From the NCBI RefSeq assembly GCF_044704955.1, contig NC_091985.1, positions 225,866,001 to 225,930,000 of the forward strand: 64,000 nucleotides of DNA, given 5' to 3'. Made by a program: the position numbers and the translations under genes. Shown piece after piece: positions 39,162 through 50,277 of the stretch (position 1 is the stretch's first letter; each line of letters begins with the position of its first letter). The notes beneath the pieces were generated by a model that was given only the letters and a program-made list of their open reading frames with translations, was not told the origin of the DNA and made no database searches. The DNA is from Pristiophorus japonicus. Lineage: Eukaryota.

Positions 39162-40090
39162 GGGTTACCGGCCCCCGAGGGAAGGTTGGGACGGCCAACG
39201 CTAGATGCCCGTATGTTTATTAGTGCAGTTTTAGTGGGCCGGCAGTGCAACATGCTCGTGGACACGGGAGCGTCAGTATCCATAACTAATCTAGACCTCC
39301 CTTACAAGAATCAGGGTTAATATTCAAGGGATAGGAGGAGAATCCAAAAAAGTGACATTAAGTGAAGTAGTACTATTAGAGATACAGGGATTAATGATAC
39401 CCACCAAATTTTGGTGTGCCCTAACCTGGAATGCACCATACTAGGGATAGACACCCTGAGGGTACTTATAGACCCCCAGCGTAATCGGATAATATGGAGA
39501 GAGAAACATCAGACCCAACAGAAGTTCGATTGTCCGGGACATCATGGGCAGTGGTGGACAACAATGGACAAGTCAGGAAAAGGGGACCCTTAGAGGGAAA
39601 CCTATCGGCTCAGGTAGAGGAATTGGTAGCCCTCACCGAAACATTAAAACTAGCAGCAGGGAAAAGGGTCAACATATACACCGATAGCCGTTACGCCTTT
39701 GGGGTGGTACATGATTATATGACTGCTTGGAAGAGGCGGGGGTACGTGACACCGGGAGGGGGACCCATTAGACATGAAGAGATAGTTAATGAATTGGTAG
39801 AATCATCCCTCCTTCCTCAGGAATGTGCAGTCATAAAAATTAAAGCACATCTAAAAATCACGGACAGGCACCAGCAGGAAAATGCCTGGGCAGACAAAGC
39901 TGCCAAATAGGCAGCTGAATTAGATATGACTAGTAACGCCCTGATTGGCTCATGTATTACCCAAACGGAGGAAGTAAACATACTCAAGGTAGAGGGAGAA
40001 TCCACCCCGCAAGAAACAGAAGGGTGGGAACAAAACGGAGCTAAAAGGGGGGGGGCTGATGGAGTTTGGAGGAAAAATGAAAATGTAGTG
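39162..40090 (+). pseudogene. pol: Proviral protease followed almost directly by RNase H (RT missing) and pre-integrase linker
   Basis: LVDTGAS (D at 39261) and ILGIDTL, then WAVV, SAQVEELVAL, IYTDSRYAF, IKIKAH and NAWADKAAK. Confidence 0.85.
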
Positions 40091-42826
40091 GGCGGCAAAA
40101 ATCTGGACGCTCCGCTAAGCTTGGCGGAGCTGACCGGTGCCCTCGACCAGCTCTCGAGGGGAAAAGCCCCGGGGCTGGACGGGCTGACCGTGGAGTTCCA
40201 CAGGGCGTTCTGGGACGTCTTGGGGGTGACTACGCGCGGGTCCTGGGGGAAAGTCTGGCGACCAGGGAGATGCCCCTCTCTTGGCGCAGGGCAGTCATCG
40301 TCCTGCTGCCTAAGAAAGGCGATCTCCGCCTACTTAAGAACGGGGGCCCGGTCTCCCTCCTCAGCACAGATTACAAAATCTTCACCAGGGTCATGTCTGC
40401 TCGCCTTGGCGCCGTGCTGGACCACATGATCCACCCCGACCAGTCCTACACGTTCCCGGGCCGGACAATCCACGATAACATCCATCTGGTCCGGGACCTG
40501 ATCCACCATTCCCAGGAGGCTGGTCTGTCGGTCACCTTCCTATCCCTAGACCAAGAGAAGACGTTCGACAGGGTGGATCATGAATATCTGTTCGGAACTC
40601 TGCGCGCTTTTGGGTTCGGGACGCATTTTATCGCCTGGATCCGACTTTTGTATGCCGCCGCGGAGTGTCTGATTAAGGTTAACGGGTCCTTGACGGCGCC
40701 CCTTCGCTTTGGGAAAGGGGTGCGCCATGGATGCCCCATGTCCGGCCAGTTATATGCCATCTGCGTGGAGCCTTTCCTGCGCCTCTTGCGGACGAGGTTG
40801 ATGGGACTGGCTCTGCAAGGGCCAGGCGTGGAGGTCGTCCTCTCGGTTTACGCTGATGACGTGCTCCTCATGGTCGAGGATCCCGTTGACCTGCGGAGGA
40901 TGCGTGAGTGCCAGGAGATTTACTCGGCTGCATCCTCCGCCAGGATCAACTGGGAGAAATGTTCCGGACTCCTGGTGGGTCAATGGCGGGTGGACTCCCT
41001 GCCAGAGGAGCTCAGGCCTTTTTCCTGGAGCACGACCCATCTCCTCTATCTGGGAGTCTACCTTAGCTCCGACGAGGAAGCCTGGCCGGCGAACTGGCAA
41101 GAGCTGAAGGCCAAGGTCGCCGCTCGCCTAGGGCGCTGGACAGGACTGCTCCGAGTGCTGTCCTACAGGGGTCGAGTGCAAGTCATAAACCAGCTGGTGG
41201 CCGCTATGCTGTGGTACCAGCTGGTCACTTTGACCCCTCCCCCTGCATTTTCCGCCAAGATACAGAAGAAGCTGGTGGACTTCTTCTGGAACAACAGGAA
41301 GCACTGGGTCTCTGCCGCGGTCTTGAGTCTCCCGCTTAGGGAGGGCGGTCAGTCGTTGGTGTGCGTCAGCACCCAGCTAGCGACTTTCCGTCTTCAGACC
41401 CTGCAGAGATACCTTCACGTTGAGCCCCCTCCTAGGTGGCGTGCGCTGGTGACGTATTTCTTCTGCCAGCAGTACAGCCTCAATTATGACATGCAGCTCC
41501 TGTTTGTGAACTTGGGGGGCATCAGGATCGCCATCCAGGGGCTGCCTGTCTTTTACCAGGAACTCATCAGGGTCTGGAACAAAGTCTCCACCAAGCGCAG
41601 CTCTCCGCCGGCTGGAGTGGCGGCTGTCCTGCAGGAGCCGCTGCTCGGGAATCCGTACCTCCACGACCGAGGTTTCAGGTGGCAGTCGGACGAGAGGGCT
41701 GTGGCTGGTGAGGTGACCAGGGTCAGGGACCTGCTCGATGGCGGAGGAGCGGGCTGGATGGCGCCAGACATGCTGGCACGGCGCCTAAACTGGGCCGACG
41801 TCCGGCGCACGGCCGATGCCATCGAGTCGCTAAAAACAGCTCTGGGCCCTGACTCCGTTAGGTGTGTCGAGGAGGCTCAAGCATGCAGGGAGATCCCTCG
41901 TCCGGACAGAATTCTTCATCGGCGCCAAGCCCCGGAACCTCCCTTGGGAGCTGCCGCCTCACAACTTGAGCAACCTCAGGGAAATCCCCTCCGTGCCTTT
42001 CAGTTCTACGCAGAGGGGTTTCCTGTATGGGCTGCTCCTGCACACTCTCCACCTTGCCATCCTCGCCTGCCGTCCGGACACGCCATGGCGTACCATCTTG
42101 CCGTCCGGAGGAGACGGGGGTCCCCGATGGAGTGCACTCTACACGAGAGTCCTCCCACTATTTATTGGGGACTTGGCCTGGAGGGTGGTGCACGGAGCAG
42201 TCCCGTGCAACAAATTTTTAAGCCGGTTCACGAGCTGCCAGGCCGCCTGCAATTTCTGCGGTCTGGAGGAGTCCGTGTTCCATGTTTTTATGGAATGTGC
42301 AAGGTTGCAGCCCTTATTCCACTATTTGAAGGGGCTGCTCCTCAAATTCTGGTTGCACTTCAGTCCCACACTCCTGATCTTTGGACACCCTCTGCAGAGG
42401 GGAGCAGGTAGGTCCGAGGGCCTCCTCGTAGGACCTCCTGGGCACGGCCAAGGGCGCCATCAGCCGGTCCAGGCAGCAGGCAGTCGAGGGGGTCGTTCAG
42501 CCCGACTGCCTGCCTCTCTTCCGCCCGCGGTTACATCTGAGCCAGGGTGTTCCTGGAGATGGAGCACGCGGTGTCCACCGGTACGCTCGCGGCCTTCCGC
42601 GAGAGTTGGGCGCCGGAGGGACTGGAGTGCATCATCACCCCCGGCAACCAAATTTTAATTTGCTTTTATATGTTTAAAGTTTATTTGGTTTATTGTGCCG
42701 GGTTTTAGTGTCCCTTCCCTTTTAGCCAGAGGGCACTTGTATAATTTGTGGTTTTAGTGCCCCCCCCCCCAAAAAAAAACAAGGGGCACTTGATTTAATG
42801 TTTAATTGTCTTCAACCCAAAAGAGT
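40091..42826 (+). mobile_element. 5'-truncated Tx1-like (L1 group) LINE inserted in proviral pol
   Basis: KAPGLDGLTVEF, PVSLLSTDYKIF, SLDQEKTFDRVDH and YADD, plus C-terminal CNFCGLEESVFHVFMEC. GC-rich relative to the provirus. T-rich 3' UTR. Boundaries approximate. Confidence 0.9.
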
Positions 42827-43847
42827 TGTAATGGCCCCGGAATGTATCCAACAGAACCTACTGAGTCTCTACCACAGATACACACATACCGGTAAGACCG
42901 GCATGATGAACTCCGTGTCACGCTATTGGTGGTGGAAAGGAATGGGTAGAGGCATAGAAAACCATTGTAGGAAATGTATAACATGCGCTAAATACAACCC
43001 GGGGAAAAAGATAAAGGTCCGGCTGGGACACCAAACTCGCCCAAAGGGACCCTGGGAAGCCTTACAAATAGACTTTACTGGGCCACTGCCTAGCCAAAGG
43101 AGAAAAATGTACTGTCTGGTAATAATAGACCAATTTACAAAATGGGTAGAAGCCTTCGCCACTAGAAACTGCACCGCTGATACAGTAGCTAAGATCCTGG
43201 CCGGGGAAATTATACCCATGCCACTACAGTTGGACTCAGACCAGGGTACACACTTTACGGGAAAAATCATGAAGCAAGCTTGTGCCCTGTTAGGGATTAA
43301 ACAAAAATTCTACATCCCATACCACCCTGAGTCTCCCGGATTGGTAGAGCGAATGAATAGGACCTTAAAAATAGCACTGGCTAAGGCAATCGAGGAGACC
43401 GGACAGGGGTGGGTTGAGTTACTACCACGAATCATAATGAAATTAAGAGTTACCCCTAACCAGACTGACCCGCTTTGAACTAATGACAGGAAGAGCCATG
43501 AAGCTGCCAGAAGTGCTGTTACTGGAAGTGATGACGTAGGGCCCTACAAGGATAAGATACGGAGGTTCGTGATAGAACTCTGTAAACAATCACATGAATT
43601 ACGAGCACAAGCCAGAGACCAACAAATTATTAGGAATGTAGAAAGGGACACGAAGGAACAAAGGGGTCAGGTACCTCAAATAGGGAGCTGGGTCATGGTA
43701 AAGATAAATCCTGAAAGACCCGAATTCTCACCAAAATGGACCGGACCCCACCAGGTGATTATGGTTAGTGACACATGCGCTTGCATAGACATGGGAGGTG
43801 ATGGCAAATGGAAACACTGGACCCAGTTGAAACGATTTGGATCCTAA
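42827..43847 (+). pseudogene. pol: Proviral integrase (disrupted near 43478)
   Basis: H-X3-H and C-X2-C zinc motif. DDE triad in LQIDFTG, LDSDQGTHF and LVERMNRTLK. C-terminal PKWTGPHQV...WKHWTQLK. Confidence 0.92.
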
Positions 43848-43919
43848 CCAACCGGTGGCCACCGGAAAACGTTGCATTTTACAGGATCCTATCCCTCCTT
43901 GGAGCCGGAACATCCACTG

Positions 43920-46493
43920 ATGAAGAAAGTAGCGGACCTCAAGGCCTATATTATAAGACGTCGTAAAACATTAGCTGTGATCCCGATTCAAAAACACTAA
44001 TGTTGGTAGTCGGCATAGCGTTATATTTTAATTGTAGCATTGGACTAATGGGCATAACACAACTTAACAGAGATTTCAACCAACAGTGTGGGTGGACCAA
44101 TAACAAGGGAATAACATTAGCAGTAAATGAGACCGCAGTGTGCTTCGTGTTAGAAGAACGAGGAAGTTGCACTCATAGGGAGGGGATACAGGTACGGTGT
44201 GCACCCGTCTTCACTCAATTCTTGGGAAGGCCACACAGGGATACCAGGTGGAAGAGATGTCCGGCCTCCCCGTGTGTGGGTACGGACTAGTGGTGTTGGG
44301 ACATCCTTGTCCGAGATAGACCCCCTACCGCTGCCCCGACAACCACACTGGGGACAACTCTTCACAGCACAACCACGCAAGCCCCCCCCCCCCCATATGC
44401 CCGTCCATAAAGACTGGAGCCAAAGGGGGGCTAGTAATAAAGGAATCTAAGGAAAGGATATATTTTGGGGTGCGTCAGCGATTACTTACGGTAGTCCTAA
44501 ACCTAACAGATATCATCCTTCCTAGCTTCTGTGGGAATGAAACTATAAGTTTCCCGGGATGGTGGGACTGACCTATCAAGAAAGACTGGATCAACTGGGC
44601 TTGTATTCACTGGAGTTCAGAAGAATGAGAGGGGACCTCATAGAAACGTTTAAAATTCTGATGGGTTTAGACAGGTTAGATGCAGGAAGAATGTTCCCAA
44701 TGTTGGGGAAGTCCAGAACCAGGGGTCAGTCTAAGGATAAGGGGTAAGCCATTTCGGACCGAGATGAGGAGAAACTTCTTCACCCAGAGAGTGGTGAACC
44801 TGTGGAATTCTCTACCACAGAATGTAGTGGAGGCCAATTCACTAAATATATTCAAAAGGGAGTTAGATGAAGTCCTTACTACTAGTGGGATCAAGGGGTA
44901 TAGTGAGAAAACAGGAAGGGGGTACTGAAGTTGCATGTTCAGCCATGAACTCATTGAATGGCGGTGCAGGTTAGAAGGGCCGAATGACCTATTCCTGCAC
45001 CTATTTTTCTATGTTTCTAAGTCTATACCAGAAGCTGACGCAACGAATCCTCTACCCTGAGATTTAATGTCAGAAAGGGAATAGATCAAAGTCGAACAAA
45101 AAGGGGAATACTGGAAACACTAGGCTCGGGTTATGCGGCGGGGGTTGCAACATTGAATTCCAAAGACCTGTATGCAATAGACGACCTGTTTAACACCTTA
45201 ATGCAAATCTTAAGGGGTTTATTGGGGAGGGAAATAGATAGCTAAGCCCTACAAGCGCTGTTGGGAAATGGCGCGGAAGGGGAACTGTTAGGAGTGGCCC
45301 ACACATTACAGGAACATGCCAAGATCATAAATTTTATCCACGTAATGGGGGAACGACCTAAGTAAATGATTACAAGCTGAGATAATTTGCTCTGGGTATG
45401 GGGCCTGGATACTGAGTGAGGTACAACATAACCTGCAGCAACTCCAGAATGGGTACATACCAGATTGGATGCCGAACGACATATTTAATAATTGGATTCT
45501 AGACAAAAACATGAACAACACATGCGAGGTACGAAGGAATAGTCACACATGGGTGCCAAAATGTAGATGTATTACTGGACATGTGAATATGATCGGATTC
45601 GTGTTATCAATACCACAGTATAACGTAACAAAGGGAGACCCCTTATACCAAACCGACAATATCGGTGAAGTAAGAAACCGAACACGGTTGCGTTACCATC
45701 AACCTCCAGACGGGTGATTAAAATTAACAATAGTACCAAAGGCATTGACATAACCGACTGCTATAAAAATAACCAAGTGGTTTTATGTCAAGGTACGCCA
45801 AGAATGACGGATGATGATTGCGGATTCCACCAAACAAACGGATGCATGCTGAGTATCACTCCTCTCGAACGCGATTCCGAAACAATCGCTGCTCCACAAG
45901 GGAATGGAGATTGGTGCGTGAACACAGGAGCAGCCAACCCGACGATTAAGACCAGGGGAGGAGTCACCCCCTGTGTCATCACCAACCCCAACTTGTGTTT
46001 CAGGCCCATGGGAAAAATAGACATAAATGGATACCACAAACATCCCGAGACAACGGAAATTATTCACGGAACGGTCACGGATACCCTCCGAGAAGGGTAC
46101 AAGGAGGCGGTATGGGAACCGCAAGGAAAACAGATACCCGAGTTAAGTGAGGAACAACTACAATTGGTGCAAGGAATCCAAAACCAAAGACGACAGTATA
46201 TCCGACTGATGGAAGAATCAGACAACCTACAAAGAGACACTAACGCGATGCTGGCCGACCAGCCTTGGTACTCAAAACTGTGGAACATTGGACTTAATAT
46301 TCAGATCCACCCATGGATAAGGATTATATCACACGTACTTGTAGTAATACAGGGCCTGGTCCTGATGGTACTGGTAGGGTTAACCTGTGCACGAATTAAA
46401 CAGGGCAAACGACACATTAGGGCACGCACTATGATTAAGACAATATGGGACGAAAATTTTAACAGTCCTGCAGGAAGGACTTACCTTATATAG
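43920..46493 (+). pseudogene. env: Proviral envelope glycoprotein, paramyxo/pneumovirus F-like; interrupted by a CR1 fragment
   Basis: Acceptor TTTTACAG at ~43883 and hydrophobic signal LMLVVGIALYF. Furin site RTKR (45093-45104) followed by GILETLGSGYAAGVATLNS. Cys-rich ectodomain, heptad region and TM IISHVLVVIQGLVLMVLVGLTC. Confidence 0.85.
44551..45017 (+). mobile_element. CR1 3' fragment inserted in env, TAAGT duplicated
   Basis: PGMVGLTYQERLDQLGLYSLEFRR through a CTATGTTTC tail. TAAGT on both sides. Confidence 0.9.
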
Positions 46494-46635
46494 CCCTGCG
46501 GAGAAGTCACAGGAGGTCCTGAAGTTTGGGAGACGGCCACCCAGGCGAACGGACATATCTGGAACTTGCCCACAGGGAAGTAGTTTCCGGGGAATATGGC
46601 CTACTTGGCATATAGCCAGGGGCCAAAGCGGGAAT

Positions 46636-47271
46636 TGTAAGAGAAAATTGGCATTCGGGATATAAGCGAAATAAGGTTTAAAGTGCCGGCTTCTACATTG
46701 GCTCAGCAAAAGGGGCAGAAGGTCTGTGGCTCACCTCACATTCTAACATATTCCAGCACCAAGGACCCAGAGGCCTCTGATTCAACACTGATGTACAATT
46801 GATGTACCAAAACATCAGATAACATTAAGGTACGTCCAGTCCGACAAGATAAGACTCTGTGAAAAGACTCTAAACAGACTTTTAGGCGCTACGTACAATC
46901 AGCAAATTCTAACCCAATGAGGTCATCCCAGTTAAAGTCTAAAAGTTGCCTCGAGTCCTTGGTCTGTCAATCCAAAATATTACTGATAAGGTAACCCAAT
47001 TAGAGATCGAGGGAGGTCATACCCGGGGGGGGGGCGAAGGGATCTATGAAATGTACAAATGATGTACAATTTTGCTATTCAGAGAACAACTCCACTCACA
47101 GGTGGCTGTGATGCGAAGTGTTCCCGGACGTCCGTAATTAAAGATCGTTATACCTTGCCATCCGTCTCCGTCTAATACTTCGAGGGCTGCTATGCAGGTT
47201 AGGACGAGCGTCGACCCTTTATATCCAAGGGCCCGCTGGTGGGAGGAGAAACCTTCCCATTTTCCCCTTCA
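46636..47271 (+). repeat. 3' LTR (636 bp)
   Basis: Direct repeat of 36574-37211, preceded by a purine-rich tract. Confidence 0.95.
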
Positions 47272-48638
47272 GCCTCGGCCCCAGGTGTTGGGCGCGGCTG
47301 AATCCGCTCCCGCCGACTCCCGGGTTTGGATTTTACTTTAGTCTCTCTCTCTCTCTCTCTCCCTCGTCCCCACTCCCTGCACTGTTTCTCCGCCCAACCT
47401 CAAGCTCACTCGGTGCCGCAAACTCACTTTCCGCCGGTGATTCGGCCTCCCGACCCAGGAGGCCCCTCGCCGTTGTCCTGCCGACCCCGAGCCCAGCGCG
47501 CAGCAGAGGTCTGATTGTTGGTCTGGATACTGCTGCCTGAGCACGCGCGGGGCCCAGCAGGTCCCCTCCATATTTAAAGGGACATTGTCTCTGTTGCTGT
47601 GATTAAAGGGACAGTGACATTGTGCTGGACTTTGATTTCAATGCAGAGAGGAGGGAGAGCGGGTTTTGGAGGAACAAAAAGGCAAGATCCAAAATTGTCT
47701 ATTCTGAATTTCTCTCCTGCACTTACAGGAACTAATGATGTGACCGTATTACAAGGGGAGGATTTGAAGGAGGGAAGCTCAAAGCAATCATCACGTTTAG
47801 ATCTGGGGAGGCACAAGTGCAGTCACACTGAGGAGAGACCATGGAAAGGTGGGGACTGTGGGAAGAGATTCAGTCACCCTTCCAAGCTGGAAAGATAGCA
47901 ATACAGTGACACTGGAAAATGTCTGTTTAACTGCTCCGTGTGCAGGAAGGGATTTAGTCAGTCAGGACATCTGCTGAGACACCAGCGTCGACACACCGGG
48001 GAGAGACCGCTTGCCTGCTCACTGTGGGAAGAGTATTAAACAGTCTACCAACCTGTTGTCAAACGAGCGGGTTCACTCCAGTGAGAGACCTTTTCAGTGC
48101 TCTCACTGCGAGAAGAGTTTTAAAAGCTCCAGCGACCTGGTGCAGCACCAGCGCTTTCACACTAAGGAGAGGCCGTTGACCTGCTCCAAACGTGGGAAGG
48201 GATTGAGCCATTCTTACACTCTGTCTGGACCAGCGAATTCAACACTGACAAGAGACCCTTTAAATGTCCCGACTGCGAGAAGAGCTTTAAAAGCACCGAG
48301 GACCTGAGGGAGCAGCAGCAAGTTCACACCTGGGAGAGGCTGTTCAGCTGCTCAGTGTGTGGTAAGGGATTCGCTCTTGCATCTTCTCTTGGTGTACACA
48401 TGCTTGTCCACACTGATGAGAGGCCATTTAAACGTTCCACTATGAGAAGAGCTTTAAAAAGTCCAAGCACCTGAAGATTCGCACCACGGAGAAACCGTTC
48501 AGAAGCTTTCACTGCGGCAAGACCTTTACACAATCACCCACCTTTCTGCAACTTGAGCACATCCACAACGGGTAGAGGCGGTTCCCCTGCTCAATGTGTG
48601 AGCCTGACCCGCCGAGACACCAGCGAGTTCACAGGTGA
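47272..48638 (+). pseudogene. C2H2 zinc-finger pseudogene (exon 1 remnant, intron, decayed finger exon from ~47730)
   Basis: Donor-like CGG|GTTTGGAT at ~47324 as in the paralogues. Acceptor CTTACAG at ~47728. Frameshifted fingers (FQCSHCEKSFKSSSDLVQHQRFH). Confidence 0.8.
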
Positions 48639-49629
48639 GCACAGTCTTTCTTTGCACGACGGGAAGTGTCAGAGGGAGGAGCTAAGTGTTGCCACAGCAT
48701 GGACAGAGACAGATTTAAGCTAAAAGACAGAATGCTTGAAGTTTGGAATGATAATACCCCAAGTCAGGAGATGACCCTTTACCTAGATAAGGGAGGTGGT
48801 TTCTAAGAGACCCACATACCTAAACACTGGGTAACACTCGAACCTGCTTAGGCAGTAGACTTGTTGGCAACAAGGTTCCGACTGCATGAAAAGCTCTAAA
48901 AGCTCCAAGGACCATTGACGAGAGCTGGTTCAAATGCTCTCGTTGCAGGAAGAGGTTTACGTCATCATCCAGGCTTCTGAAACACGTGCCCATCCACACC
49001 AGGGTGAAGCAGGTCCCATGTTCATTGAGTCAACAGCGATTCACGGGTCAGTCTGACCTGCTAGAATCATCCAATCACAGAAACTTACAGCACCGAAGGA
49101 GGCCACTTGGCCCATCGTGCCTGTACTGGCTCTTGGGCAGAGCACTGCTGCTTCCCACCAACGTTCCCTTTAAGCTGTGCGACCGCACAGCGCTCCGGGG
49201 ATTCCCCCGCAGCCGGTTTGCCAGCATTTCAATGCAAAGCCCTGCATGCGCGGTATTATGAATGGCCTGCCAAAATAAATCCGAGGGAACAGTGCCCCGT
49301 GGGCCTCCCACGTTCTACCTTCCGTGAGCCCATGCAAGTCTCTTCTCGCACCAAGTTCCGTTCACCCATCACCCAGTTAAGCATGGCTTCGATTTTAAAA
49401 TTCTCATTGTTTTCAAATCCCGCCATGGCCTTGCCCCTTCCCGAAAACCCAGCGAGAGCCTCGCCCGTCCCTATCTCTGTAATCTCCTGCACCGCAAAAA
49501 ACAATCTTCCCTCATTTTTTTTTCGCATGGTCCCTTTAAATTTGTTGCTTTTACCAGCGGCAACAGCTGGTGAGCGGCCTACTGGGACTTCCCAATCGAT
49601 GCGCAGCTACTCAGCGCAGGGGGAACATG

Positions 49630-50277
49630 GCTCCCAGGGCAGGTACAGCACGGGGTTAGATACAGAGTAAAACTCCCTCTACACTGTCCCATCAAACACT
49701 CCCAGGGCAAGTACAGCACAGAGTTAGATACAGAATAAAGCTCCCTCTGTACTGTCCCATCAAACACTCCCAGGGCAAGTACAGCATGGAGTTAGATACA
49801 GAGTAAAGCTCCCTCTACACTGTCCCATCAAACACTCCCAGGGCAGGTACAGCACGGGGTTAGATACAGAGTAAAGTTCTCTCTACACTGTCCCATCAAA
49901 CACTTCCAGGGCAAGTACAGCATGGAGTTAGATACAGAGTAATTCTTCCTCTGCACTGTCCCATCAAACACTCCCAGGGCAGGTACAGCATGGGTTAGAT
50001 ACAGAGTAATGCTCCCTCTACACTGTCCCATTAAACATACACAGGGCAGGTACAGCACGGGTTAGACACAGAGTAATGCTCCCTCTACACTGTCCCATCA
50101 AACACTCCCAGGGCAGATAGAGCACGGGTTAGATACAGAGTAAATCTCCCTCCACACTGTCCCATCAAACACTCCCAGGGCAGGTACAGCATGGATTACA
50201 TACAGATTATAGCTCCCTCTACACTGTCCCCAACAAACACTCTCAGGGCAGATACAACACGGGTTAGATACAGTGTA
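49630..50277. repeat. ~65-bp tandem repeat, ~10 units
   Basis: Unit CTCCCAGGGCAGGTACAGCACGGGTTAGATACAGAGTAAAGCTCCCTCTACACTGTCCCATCAAACA. A remnant resumes at ~53570-53590. Confidence 0.92.

Larger units (their letters stand above)
36574..47271 (+). mobile_element. Endogenous retrovirus-like provirus (LTR-gag-pro-RNaseH-IN-env-LTR), decayed, lokiretrovirus-like
   Basis: Two TG...CA LTRs, PBS, purine-rich tract 46614-46635 and retroviral gene order. Flanks GTCT and GCCT are a possible 4-bp TSD with one mismatch. Confidence 0.92.

Noticed and set aside
40270-42411. 713-aa RT as the provirus's own polymerase
   Set aside because: Motifs, base composition and 3' tail are those of a Tx1/L1-group LINE, and it lies after RNase H.
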